From: Catajapyx aquilonaris
Lineage: Eukaryota
Assembly: GCA_000934665.2 (NCBI GenBank)
Contig: KZ538900.1
Span: 1 to 41,300 of the forward strand
DNA length: 41,300 nt
Direction of reading: 5' to 3'
This document shows, piece by piece, positions 1-12,312 of the stretch; within the stretch, counting starts at the first letter, position 1; every line of letters starts with the position of its first letter. Both the position numbers and the translations under genes were made by a program. The notes beneath the pieces were generated by a model. The model was not told where the DNA came from, searched no databases, and worked only from the letters and a program-made list of their open reading frames with translations.

Positions 1-1190
1 TGAACCCCTGCAGAGGAAAAGAAAAGAAGAATGTTTACTGGTGCTATATGGATTTATTTAAAACATTATAAACATTTGAGAGTATTCGCATTTCATTTAT
101 TGGGAATACCGGTAATTTCGAAGCGAAGGAGAAAATCACGAGAATTACCCCACCTTGTACCGGAGGCCAGCCGGTTCTTCCGGGGTATACCGACCTCCTG
201 TCTACCCCGTTTTATACCGGCATGCCGCTCTATGCGGGGTACTGCTGTAAGAGTGGAAGACAGTCACATAACCAGATCTATTTTGCATGGCTAAAGTAAA
301 CCACTATTGAAGCGATGACTAAATACCTCACTTTCAGCCAACTAACGTCGCGTCGTCTCTTCCTTGGTAACTGCACCCAATCAAATGTGTAGGCTACTCG
401 GTCCTTCCCTTTCTACTTGCCACCGCACTAAATTTTATTTAAAGCAAGTGAGGCCATAAAAGGGTAACTGCGTTGCGCTAACTGTCGCAACTGGAACATG
501 CCAGACAAGGGTTGTGAAGTTCACCATCCTACTTAGCTTGTGTAATTGGCCGTAGTCGACTCGCAAGATAAAGGGCGTGATGGGGACCCATTTCACCAAA
601 GTGTTACATTACCTACAATTTGTAAGATAAAGGCTTCGAAGAGTAATGAGAGGTTAGGAATATTAAGAGTTCTGTATTCTGTAACATATGGGATGTTGCA
701 ATATATATACACTATACCATTTACCATTTTGGGAGGGTTGAGGAGATTTTTTAATTTATTTAATTGACTGGAACTGAGAACTCCCTATGAGAGAATGAGT
801 TGCATTTTAACGAAACTATTGTCAAACGGGTCTAGAATATTAAGGTGCTGGCACGGAGACATATTAAGGACCCATTTCCTTCGACGAACTTGATTTTTCC
901 AAATGTCACTTAGGGCTTCTGCCGCATCACGCGACAATGGTTCCCCTCTAATCAAGCGAAACTTGGAGCCTATAATTCCTCAGCAAAGTGGCCCTTACAT
1001 CTTGAGTAGTGGGGGCATCTTGGTGGAATATGATACGGTATTACTAGTAGGTCTTCCTTCTTGCTGAAGCGTTGTAATTAATTTTACAGAATGACGAGGT
1101 ATGTCATATACATCAGCATGGATTAATAGAAAAAGTGGGACATTTAATAGCGAGCTGGTCAGGATACAGCTGGTATGCCTGCCTACTACA

Positions 1191-1268
1191 GATGGGAGGA
1201 ATTCAGTGTATAGTTGCCAGTTGTCACTTTAATGACAAGTGGCAACTATACACGGAATTCCTCCCATC
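1191..1268. repeat. 78-bp near-perfect hairpin
   Basis: GATGGGAGGAATTC-AGTGTATAGTTGCCA-GTTGTCA ... TGACAAG-TGGCAACTATACACG-GAATTCCTCCCATC. Confidence 0.85.
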
Positions 1269-1906
1269 AGATAAAAACTTGGAGTAGGAAAAATAAGCAA
1301 TAAAATAATGTGTGCAGCCATCTTGGGCATCGTTTTTATAAATATGCACACGATATTGTCAGTCATGTAGGTCAAGTTTTATACTAGTGCAGAGTAATGA
1401 AAAGCAGTAATTGTTCACAAGTGCAGCGTGATCATAGTACATTACATTACATCACGGCTTAATCCCAGACTTGGGGTAGCCAGCGACGACTAATTTGTTG
1501 ATCATAGTATACATGGAAATTGAGTGGGCCTATGTTACTTTGAGAAATTTGGCCCTTGTTTTATTGTGCGGTTACCATTGACTGACTCGCTTATTCTCTA
1601 TGGTGGAGGATTTTCTCTAACCAATTGCTGCCTTTTGACATCACACATACACAATTCTGCCCTTGATATTGGGGTAATTAAGCAATGATTTGCTAATTTA
1701 AAAAAACCATTATCAGTATGTTGCATCATGTTGCATCAACCTTTTCTTTGCTTCCACATCAGGCATCTTCGGTTAGTGCCAACCAACACCAGAAACAATG
1801 GTCCAAGACTCTCAGTTGTCTGGTGCCATATGGTTTTTTAAGACGTTTGCACTGGTAGCCTACACATTTTTGGTGCAGCAGGAGTAAATATGTATCTAAC
1901 ACTCTC

Positions 1907-1989
1907 ACAGGAAGCTATAGTTTTAGAGTTGGATCCTCAATATTCATTTGAATTGAGGATCCAACTCTGCTGAAACTATAACTTCCTGT
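1907..1989. repeat. ~83-bp imperfect hairpin
   Basis: ACAGGAAGCTATAGTTTTAGAGTTGGATCCTCAA ... TTGAGGATCCAACTCTGCTGAAACTATAACTTCCTGT. Confidence 0.8.
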
Positions 1990-2013
1990 ACAAGAGCTTA
2001 CTTTTTATTTTGA

Positions 2014-2159
2014 CCCTGTAATGCCCACTGGGTCATATCTGGCACATCATTTAGTGCAATTTTTGCAATTTTTGCAATTTTTTGCAATTTTTATATTTCC
2101 TGTAAGTGCCAAATTGCACTAAATGGTGTGCCAGATATGACCCAAGGGGCATTACAGGG
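2014..2159. mobile_element. piggyBac-like MITE
   Basis: CCC...GGG termini, ~50-bp TIRs (CCCTGTAATGCCC...GGGCATTACAGGG), flanks TTGA/TTAC consistent with a decayed TTAA; internal TGCAATTTT repeats. Confidence 0.7.
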
Positions 2160-3128
2160 TTACTTGACCACATGAATGCAGTACCCTTGTTCCCATAACT
2201 TCGCAAGAAAAAAGCACATGTTATTAATTTGTTGCCATAATAATTTTTGCCACCCAACACTGGACAAAATTGAAACTGTTTGCACCATTTTCACAGTCAA
2301 GCGTTGAAAATACTCAATATATTATTGTTAATAGACTTCCTATCCTTTATACTAGTAATGTAGTAAGCTACATCTTATAGCAGGAAATGGCTAACTGACT
2401 GTTTGGAAAAGTTAATTAACTTTCTGCTATAGTAGTATTAACCTGTCTTTCTCACGAATCTCATTTACAAATTGTTTTGCAAATGACTTATATGCCTGTC
2501 ATCTTATATGTTGGAAGGTATCTGATGTGACTATTCCGGAACGTGAATCTTGCAATATATTAAAATACACCTTGAACGAATAAACCAATCCTGGATCGGC
2601 TCCTTTTGTAAAGTAACAGTATAAAAATGAGCTTGTTTGGAGGGGAGGGGAGCACTCTACTGTATATATATATCTCCCCCCCCCCAGGCCTCTTTCACTC
2701 CAAGTAGATAAACCCAGTATGTTATAGTGAAGGTAATTCTATATTGCCGTAGAACGACAGCCACCCATCCTCCCTCCCACCAACGCTATTTTTCTCCCTG
2801 GCCCTGGCTGTGCTACCACGCACCCTGGGCAGCACTTCCTCCGAGCTCTTCCCGACTATACTACTCCATCCCTCGGGCCCTCCCACCTCGTCCTCTCCTG
2901 ACCCCCGGACCCTTAGGTTAAAAGCCTAATGATCTCCCTCTGAGCTATGCACGGACTCGATGGAGGCAGAACACTGATAAGCCACATTCAGCTGCTATTG
3001 TCTAATATTGTCAGGAAATATCACCTTATCGCTCTCATCAAAATCATTACATGGCTTCATAATTTTCTACTGAGAATTGGACCAAACAACTCCCGATAAT
3101 GGTTGGTATACATGCAGGCATTCATTAA

Positions 3129-3599
3129 CCCTTAACTACGTAGGTGGAGCCTGAGAGGCTCCAAGCACTATTTAAACGCATGTAACTTTTTCATCGAATT
3201 TTATTTTTCCCTGTCCTTCCGTGACTTTGTCAGACAAACCTTCCTAAGCATGAAAAGGAAAGAAAATTTTTTTTAGTTCCTATTGTTTGGTTTAAAAAAA
3301 TTCGTAACGAGGAACAGGTCCCTCCTGGACTCTATACTGGCTCTACCTATGCAGGTGAAGACTGAGCGGCTCAAGCATGATGTAACCTTTTAATTAAGAA
3401 TTTTTCCCTGTCGGAATATGCTGACTCAGCGTGTAATTTTTACGTTATCGGAAGCCTAATGATCTGAACTGCACTTTCTGTATGTGAAAAGTCCAATATA
3501 ACAATTTAGTTGATAAGCAGAAATTTAAATATACGGTTGGAGCCTCTCAGGCTCCACCTACGTAGTTAAAGGTGTTTCACCCACCTACGTAGTTAAGGG
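3129..3599. mobile_element. piggyBac-like non-autonomous element
   Basis: TTAA TSD on both sides (3125-3128, 3600-3603); TIR CCCTTAACTACGTAGGTGG; duplicated subterminal repeat at the right end. Confidence 0.9.
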
Positions 3600-4799
3600 T
3601 TAAGATCCATTATAGCATTAACCGTAAACAGGTTAAAACTATGAATATTCTCTTACACAATCGTAATATTGTAAAAATATGCGCCTTGCTAATTTTTAAG
3701 AGCTTAAACTCACTCTTGTATTACTACTTATTTACTGGCACAATTTTGATAGTAAAACGTATACTTTCATTCACTTATCTGGGTCATTTATGTACAGTAT
3801 TTTGTTCACTCACCCCTCTAAGAGTTTACATAACTTCCTAATAAGGTCAGGTTGTAAACACAGTTGGTGACATATTCAAGACACAATTGAATGCATTGAC
3901 CTATATATTGGGGATGAAGAGTCTTGTGCTCTTCATCTGGGGAGGTTGGAAATGGGGGGGGGGGGGCAATCATAGGACTCCAGTAATTATTCCGAATTAT
4001 TAGCAGTACTGAGAGTCTGGCTACGAGGGAGGGTCGATGAAAAGGTACTGTACGTGGAAGGGCGGTTTTCCCCAGATTATAAAAAAAACACCGTCATTAC
4101 GAATCCTCGCCCCTTTTTAGGCCAATGTGTAAACAGAAACAATATAAACTAATTAGCCAGTGGTCCCTCAGATAATCCCCTTTCCCCTCTCCGTTTGACT
4201 CAAGTCGCATATCCTGGCAACAATAGCCATTGAGCCATCTGTCTCAAAGCTGGTGCCAACAGGAACCGTGGTGGGGACAACACCCCTCCCTACATCCCAC
4301 CCTCGACCGCCCATACCCTACTCTTCAGATCCAACCCTCCGGTACCAAAATCTTCAAATTTATGGGCGCCCCATTCAGGCGTTCGACAATCGGGAGAACG
4401 ACAAGAAAACCGACTGATTACCAGCTCGCGGGTTTTATTCATGATGTGGGGGGAGGTGGGGAGGGAGAGGGTGGCGGGAGAGGGAGGCTTGAATGAGAGA
4501 TGAGACACTGATAGTCGCTGATGGTGTTTGAGAATGATTTTCTGGCTCGTCAGCAACAGGCTAGTTGGGGAAATGAGGAGTTAGGCTTCGGTGGGGTGGG
4601 GGTGGGGGTTGGGGGGGTTCCTTTTACCGATTTTTACAGCATAGATTCTATTTTACCTCCTTTAATCAAGTTGGTCATGTCCACAGTAGACTCGTGCATC
4701 CAGGCTTTCTGGTGGGCTAATCAGTTCGAGTAGGGTTTAACATGCATCGCCATCATCTAGCTCATTAGAGAGAGAACAGCTTCTTACATGGCTCACAGG

Positions 4800-5270
4800 C
4801 ATCGGATCTAACCGTACCTACAATGTCATTAGCAATGCAATGGTCCAAACACAAAATACATTGCAACTGATGAAAGAGTCATGAATGCAAAAGTAATCAT
4901 TTTAAAAAATCGAGTTAGGTACCGGTATCATACTTCAGGGACGATGAAATGCAATATTGTCGGCATATAAATAGGAGCAAAAGTAATCGAGAAATTAGAG
5001 GAAGAATTTATCAGCTTGATCACATTTTATTAATTACTATTAATTAAGAAGCTCCCATTACTGGAATATAAACATATAAGTGGAAAAATGTGTTTTTTCA
5101 TTTTAATAAGTGGAAACTGAACTAGAATATATCTATTAAGTGCATAACCCCCCCATCCAAACCCTCTAATTCAAGTATCTATATAACGCACTTTAAAAAA
5201 ATACACATGGTCTAATATTATTGGTAACGTATGCATCATGCGTATGGGCCCCGAATATTTGTTCCATGGT
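4800..5270 (+). mobile_element. Highly degenerate CR1/L2-like LINE ORF2 3' remnant
   Basis: Reads KYLYNAL*...YASCVWAP near 5173-5253, resembling the LYxxLxxxxLxYxxxVWxP motif of CR1/L2 ORF2; boundaries uncertain. Confidence 0.35.
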
Positions 5271-7101
5271 ACCTAACTGGGAATTGAACCATCATATTAT
5301 GCGGAGGGGTATGCATAATTCCCTCAGTTTCCCACCTTCACAAACACCGCCGCATCTCTCAATGACATTATCATTTGAATTTTATTTTCGCAAAGGGCGG
5401 TGGGAGAGGAAGAGAGGGATGGGGACGCAGTCAGTGGGGTTGGTATATATAGAGGGAGGGGCGAACACCGCCGATCACCAAGTCGGTAGCATGCATTATA
5501 CAACGATTTTGATTGTGTGCTCAGTACTGTCATTACGGGTTCTGATGACTATTGACCTACGAACGATAATCGCAAAAAGTGGCATAGTGTGCTGCTGAAT
5601 CCGGGAAATTTTGCATGGCTTGGCATGGGCTACGTACTAGCATGACTTGCAATTATGAATCACATGAAGCATGTCACTTCACAGATTTCAGCATCGTTGC
5701 ATCGGAGTGTGCATTAGGCTCCGTATTTTTGGCGTGAATACATATGGTAGAGGATTTAATCTTATATAAAGGTTACCAATCCCCAAAGTTTGTTCTCTGT
5801 CTAACACACTATTTTTTGAAGACCTGAAAGGCAGAAAAATCAGAGTTTTTGAGTAATTTCTAGATAAATGGGGGTTTGAAGTTTGAATATTGCATTTTCT
5901 TTAATGGGCTGTAATCTCTTTAGCAGAAAACTAACTTGACCACCAGGGGGCCTATTCATAAACGTGACAACTGAACGCCTTATAGTTTTATTATGACTTA
6001 TGAGCGTGATGTCATGGGCGGCCTTAACCTTCCCCTTCCAACCCCACCACCACCAACCCCATGTGCTGGCAACAACAATCCCCCCATACATCTACCAAAA
6101 TAACGTACTTATTAGAGTCTCATCTCTGTGTAAAATATTGATTTAAATCACGTTAGTGCATAGTGTAATATACTTAAGATACGTTCAGAAGAGTGAAAAA
6201 AACCATTGTAGAAGATATTTTAGGACTGACGCTGGGGCCCAGCAGGATGAAAAATATTTTTCTCACAACACTACAATTTTAAAAATAAAATGTGCAGTAC
6301 CTTCGATTATTGCACAAATATTGAATTTAAAAATGGCCACTCCTGCACATATTCCTCCTGAGCTATAGGGATACTCCTTGACAACATGATTGTGAAACTG
6401 AAACACTATTCTTTACACACAGTAGTATAGGCTATATGCTCACTTCCAAAAATCAACCACATTTACACACTACAACTACCTACATTTCCAGTTCGTCTCC
6501 TGCACTTTTACACTGATTGTTAACTTAGCGCGTATTCACACTCGTCAGGCAAATCCGTCCCACCTTTTTAAGGTCAGGTATAATTACGGTGCCGCAATAG
6601 AGACATTCTCGACCGACCGTAACTGCATTCCTACCCACATAATACAAGTCCAGCTGCATAACTGATGAGACTTTTCGCAGTGCAGGTGTTTGGGGAGGGG
6701 ATGTGGTGATTATAAGCGAAAAAAACAGGAATATAAAGCTGCGAGTCCAGTGTTTGCTTTTGTCCCTCTCTTGGGGGAAGAGTGTGGGGGAGGCTGCGGG
6801 GTGTTCCTCTGCACTCCTCCCTGTTTGGATTCCGTGAGCTCCAAAGTCCCAACTTCATTTTCTGGCCAATGGACGGCCGCCAACCTCAAACTCAACCCAA
6901 TAACGCCCCTCACCACTGGAGGTCCCCTTTCCCCACTCAAGAGCCATTCAAAAGAATAGAACAAGACTGGGGACATGCACCCCATCCGTGTGTAAGCATT
7001 CAACCTGCACGCAAGTACTGGAATAGAGAAAGATAAAATAAGAAAAAGAAGTAAGGAAAAAATTCACCTTCTCCAATACTCAGTTTTATGGTCTCTCCAC
7101 T

Positions 7102-7172
7102 AATCCCGCCGGGAATCGAACCCGGGACCTGACTCGTCTGGGACGAGTGCTCTGCCACTGAGCTACGGGACC
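7102..7172 (-). mobile_element. tRNA-derived SINE head (body extends leftward, end undefined)
   Basis: Minus strand GGTCCCGTAGCTCAGTGGCAGAGC...GGGTTCGATTCCCGGCGGGA has pol III A and B boxes but a non-canonical anticodon arm. Confidence 0.7.
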
Positions 7173-9420
7173 TATGGGAGCTGGCTCTTTGAGTATCAGA
7201 ATGAATTTATAAGGATATCAGTCTGGAGTAATGTAAAAACTGGAGGTCCTGAGAATTATTATCAGGTCATCATTGGTGTTGCTTTGGTGTCCGGTATGCG
7301 TATGATGACACAAGGTGTTCCAAGTATGGTCGGAGATTATGTGGGTGGGGCGACAGGGCGGGAACCGGTGTGGATTAGAGTCCTTCCTATTTTTTTTTGT
7401 CATACTCCTACCACAGACGTCACAACCCTACAGAGGTATCGTTTCGAATGTAAACTTGAGACAGGTCATGAGAAGCAAGCCTGCTTAATGCCTATTCTTT
7501 ATCTAATTATTGTAGAAAATTTACTGGAGAAGATAGGCGCGTACCATAAAATGTACAAAATGATATAAGGAGTCTCATTCTGTTGATTGGCCATGTTCAA
7601 TTGAAATAAATTCAGGGGCCACTCCTCTCCCTACACATTAATACCATCAGTATCATCAAGGCCATTAACATTTGCATTAGACCTCATCCCCCTCATCACT
7701 TCCCTTTCGCTCTCCAAGTCCTGCAACAATGCATTCTTCACTGAGGTTTCCCTCGGCTATTAGTCATAATGACTCTTAGTGGTCCCAAGCGACGTGGGCC
7801 AAGCCCCTGCTTCATCAAATGGATTCGTACTCTTATTTCCCTTTTTACAGTCTGTCTCAAGGCAGCAGGTCCTTATCTGAATGCTGTCCACTCCCCCTCA
7901 TCCACACCAATAACTGAGGGCGATATGAATATGAGAAAGACTAGCGGTGTTGTCATATGTTATGCATTTGATACAATACTTCCGATATTATTGACATTCA
8001 TCTTATTGCCCTCAGTTATCGTGATCGGCGAACGGAGACGACCGGCAGGATGAAGTGTAGGCCTACTAGAATTGACAATATAGCCATATTATGTAGTTTC
8101 TCGCAAAATGACAAGTTCAGTTGGATCAAAATTATTTGAGTTTTTGTTTGGCTAACATCTAAGTAATTTATCACGGCAATGAACATGTAATTGAATATTG
8201 AAACAATAAAAACTCCGTGATTATCTAAGAAACCCTGTATGTTAATTGACCGCACGTATGTTGGCAGAAGGTTTCTATTTATAGTCCAGGGGAAAATATA
8301 TCACAGAGTACCCTAAGTGGATGGAGTAAGTTTGGAACAAACGTCACACTGACTACTACTGCGTAAACCAAACCGACAGACTGACACTAGAAAATCATGT
8401 ATACAATTCCACTTAGCAGTAGGGGAACAGGGACGCATGTAGCTCATGGTTGGCCCCGTCGGATGCCGGCTGCGTACCAAATGCGCCCACGTGTGTCTTA
8501 CATGCTCGTGCATGCTCAGTGTGTCGCCTCTGAAAATACAGAGTGCCTGTTCAATCTTCATCGGACCACATACAGCGCCTTTGGGAAGAAAAATAGTTAC
8601 CATATAATGCATATGTGCATAATATTGCGCTTTCCACAAATTTTTAGTTCTTTTTACACTTTCATCTCTCGTAACTTGAGTCGAGTATGCAGTAGAACAA
8701 TGGTCATAATGTCGTTAATCAGCAAAGATAAACAGTTGCATAAAAATTCAGAGAAATTTATTATGTCCCAGGAAATACATCAAACAGAAAAATTCTACTT
8801 CTATTATTTAAACTGCTGAAACACCATGAACAAAGATTCTACAGTTTATTAGACACTATATACGTCATGCTCAATCAATAGACGTTCCCAGCAGCGCATG
8901 AAACTCGCTCGTTGCATGCTTGTTTCCTATTACAGCCTTGAACAAGTAACTTGATCTCCTTGCTTGATATCCTATGCCAGTGAGGTTAACACAACCTCTG
9001 TCCTCTTCTACATGTACTACATTTCACAAAATAATGTATCACATGACTCTGATTGTGTGTTTCCACCCCTTGTGAATCTACCAAAATTGCAACCTTATGT
9101 CGCTATATCGCGATCCCATTTCCAGAAAAGGGCAAAAGTTAGAAAGGTGAGTAAAAAAGAGTGGTGAGGACCTCTTCTTTCTCTATCTCCTACATCATCC
9201 CTGCGGGTGATCGGCATCGAATTAGATTGGATGGCAAGAAAAAGAGTGCAACCGGGGCGTTGCATGTGAGTGAAGGCGGTCCTGCAGGCTGCGCCGAACC
9301 ACCTACAACCAACCTAACGAACTTGTGTTCTCNCCCCCCCCCCCCACCTTCCCCCTAGGCTTCCTCCCCTATTCCTCCCACCTCCCTCCCGCCCTCACAC
9401 CAGGCACTTTTCCCTGACAA

Positions 9421-9850
9421 AAGCCTCCTCCCATCTCGCGGGTACATCATTTCCATTTTGATTCCGCGTGGGAATTACTTGACAAACAGTTGAAGGCCGA
9501 ACCACGTAATTGGACGGCGGAAATCAAATTAGCTAATTGCTCATTCGGCCTCCCGATGGTCCTTCTAATCTGCGCCTGATAATACTAAGATGGTGTTTAC
9601 CTTTCTGCTCAAACAAAACTGCCGAAGGCTTCGGCGTCATCAGATCGGGCCGGGGCCGCGTCATTATAACTTCGGGAAGACCAGCTGAGACTGATTTCAT
9701 TTGACGCTATTGTATCGGAGGAAATTGGATTTGGCTCTGTTGTCGGCCCAGCGCTGAATCATAATGTTTGAGTTCGCGGAAGAATCAAATCATCTTGCAG
9801 CCTGCTGGACCCTGCAGCTGGGGAGCAAAGATGGCGCCGGTCGGGGAGAC
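9421..9850. promoter_or_regulatory. Candidate intronic enhancer of exex
   Basis: TE-free CpG-retaining block with Su(H)-type CGTGGGAA (9467-9474), clustered TAAT/ATTA cores, ATCAAA motifs and AAGATGGCG; function inferred only. Confidence 0.4.
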
Positions 9851-10252
9851 GAGAATTCTAAGTAAGACATGATGATGAGGGATGGTGGAAGGAAAGAACC
9901 AGCCCTTTCCAAGATCCATATCTACACTGTACGGACACCTTTTTAGGCTTAGATCCAACAGTTCTGACTCTGTGGATTTAGCTGGAGTGGTTTCTACGTG
10001 GTGTATGTCAATTGCGATGAGTTGCGTACTAACTTGTAATAGTCGACTTCGATTTTCTCGGCCGGTAAAGTGCAGGAAGCATCACATCATTGGAAAGTTC
10101 ATAATTTGGATTATTAATTGTATATCATAAATAACTTTGCTAAAAAGAATGGTAGGCGAATGAAGCGGGATTTCTCAAAGTTTAAACCGATGCTGATGGG
10201 ATTAGCTAAATTCTGACACACGTGTACAATATGTGTTACAGAATATACCGTA

Positions 10253-10368
10253 CAGTATGCTGGACATATTAGCAGTCCCTAAATGTTTACTTAGTTTGCC
10301 AGGTAACACCAGCGCCGCCTATAGGCCGAAAAATAAAAAGTTAGGGACTGCTAATATGTCCAGCACTG
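10253..10368. mobile_element. Tc1/mariner-type MITE
   Basis: TA flanks; TIR CAGT(A)TGCTGGACATATTAGCAGTCCCTAA ... TTAGGGACTGCTAATATGTCCAGCACTG; a related end occurs near 32893-32908. Confidence 0.85.
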
Positions 10369-10409
10369 TACTATATAGGTATACGACCTAACCTACCTAA
10401 CCCCGTATA

Positions 10410-10642
10410 CGGGGTGTTCCAGATTCGTGGGTCACTTTTTGATAACTGATATCGCCCGATAGCGGTTATTTTTTGTATCTTGTGCCCCTAACCATGTGCT
10501 CCATTCTATAACTACAATAGATATACAATATAATATAGCTACAGAATGGAGCACATGGTTAGGGGCACAACAAGCGACAAAAATAACTGCTATCGGGCGA
10601 TATCAGTTATCAAAAAGTGACCCACGAATCTGGAACACACTG
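10410..10642. mobile_element. Palindromic mariner-type MITE
   Basis: TA flanks; ~105-bp TIRs starting CGGGGTGTTCCAGATTCGTGGGTCAC; very short AT-rich spacer. Confidence 0.88.
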
Positions 10643-10678
10643 TATACATATATACTGCATATTTGGTATAGGGCTATA

Positions 10679-11719
10679 TTAAAAGACTCGCTTTGCGAGG
10701 CGGGGGGGCTCCGCCCCCCCACACCCCCCCTTGGGGCTGCGCCCCAATTGGCGCGCCTTCGGCGCTACGCGTTCCCGCCCGGGCCTACCCACTTACCCAG
10801 CACCGCTAGAGAGCTGGAAATAATAACCTGGAGTTCGTCGTCAACGGACGAGTGACCAATGAAGCATGACAAATACCAGGACCACCACTTCAGGGCTGGC
10901 AACAATAACCTGGAGTTCGTCGTCAACGGAGTGACCAGAGGGGCATGAAAAATACCAGGATCACCACTACAGGGCTGGCAACAATAACCTGGAGTTTGTC
11001 GTCAACGGACGAGTGACCAGTGAAGCATGACAAATACCAGGATCACCACTACAGGGCTGGCAACAATAACGTGGAGTATGTCGTCAACGGAGTCACCAAT
11101 GAAGCATGACAAATACCACACCTGCAACAATCAACCAACCTACCAACCAGCCAATCAACCAACAACAATGAGCGCGCCCCACAAACAACAGTGCAAGTGC
11201 AGCCGGCCGCCACACACTTCCTCCGACACTCCGCAAAAATTGGTCGGAGCGAGGTGGCAATGTGGCATCCATGTTCACAGGACACCCGTGATGTCACCAC
11301 TAAAGGTGCGAGTGAAAGGCAACATGACGCAATAACAGCTGACGTAGTGGAGGTGTTGAGTAGGGGAGGAGGATTCGAGGGGCGGGGGGGCCGCCGGGGG
11401 AAGCGGGAGGTTATTGTGGGTGGTGGAGGCAATGCGATAGTGCTGCTCGTCTGTTGGCCGCCCGGGGAACCGGGGGAGTTGGCGGATATACTTTAATTTC
11501 GCGATCTCGGGTTTGCGTCTACATTTAATTTGGCGATCTCGAAAACGGCTGGGAAATTCGCGGTTTTGAGGATTTTTCAAAATAGGAAAGCGGGTGCAAG
11601 AAATACAACGGTGTAAGCCCGAGGTCTGTACGACCTCGGGAAGTGCGAAATCTTTTTCATCCTCCTCCTCCTCCTATGTATCCTCCTCCTCCTCGTTTAG
11701 GGGCTTTATATATACTTGA
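10679..11719 (-). mobile_element. Non-autonomous Helitron-like element
   Basis: Minus strand begins A|TCAAGTATATATAAAGCCC, followed by a (GGA)n microsatellite and hairpin CCCGAGGTC..GACCTCGGG, then internal tandem repeats. The 3' end has GC-rich hairpins including CTCGCAAAGCGAG just before TCTTTTAA|T (possible decayed CTAG). No TSD. Confidence 0.6.
10811..11118. repeat. Tandem repeat, ~3.8 units of 82/79 bp
   Basis: Units start at 10811, 10893, 10972 and 11054 (GGGCTGGCAACAATAACCTGGAGTTCGTCGTCAACGG...). Confidence 0.92.
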
Positions 11720-12312
11720 TTGACAAGTGCACTGGGTGCTCGTACAAGTTTATTATCCGCTTCAGTTAGCGAGTTTTGGAACTACAAGGGTTATTATTAT
11801 AAGCAGTTACTTTCCAACAATTAATTTAAATACAGCAAAACACCGATTATCCGACTCCTCGATTTATCCGACCGTACCGCTCCGGCAATAGGTATTTATA
11901 TTTTCTCATGAAATACTGTACTGTTCTACTCATTTGTATATTTTGCCTTAGTTAAATTGTAAATACAGCATACAGCAGGGGTAGGCAAACTACGGCCCGC
12001 GCAAAATTGTCGGTATTCCAGAAAATTTTGAAAAATTAAAATTGCATAATTTTATGTCTGTGCCTTTCTTTTTAATTCTTTTTAATTCACAAAAATATTG
12101 TTTTTTATACAGGCCATTTTCATTGATATATTTAGCTAATTTTATCGATTTTCATATAATTTAATGATAAATGCAATTGATGGAACGTGATGGAAGTTAA
12201 TTTAAAACGATGGATATATAATTAATTGTAAACTTTTTAATAAGTTGAAATTTCTTTTGTTAGATGCAGCTCGTCAAGGTTTTGAGAATCTCTATGCGGC
12301 CCAAGGATAATA

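Noticed and set aside
7102..7172. Functional tRNA genes (also 30817, 31462, 34394, 36602, 37102)
   Set aside because: Imperfect cloverleafs, mostly attached to SINE bodies, tails or TSDs.
10811..11118. CRISPR-like array
   Set aside because: Units are similar along their whole length with no unique spacers; eukaryotic context and no cas genes.
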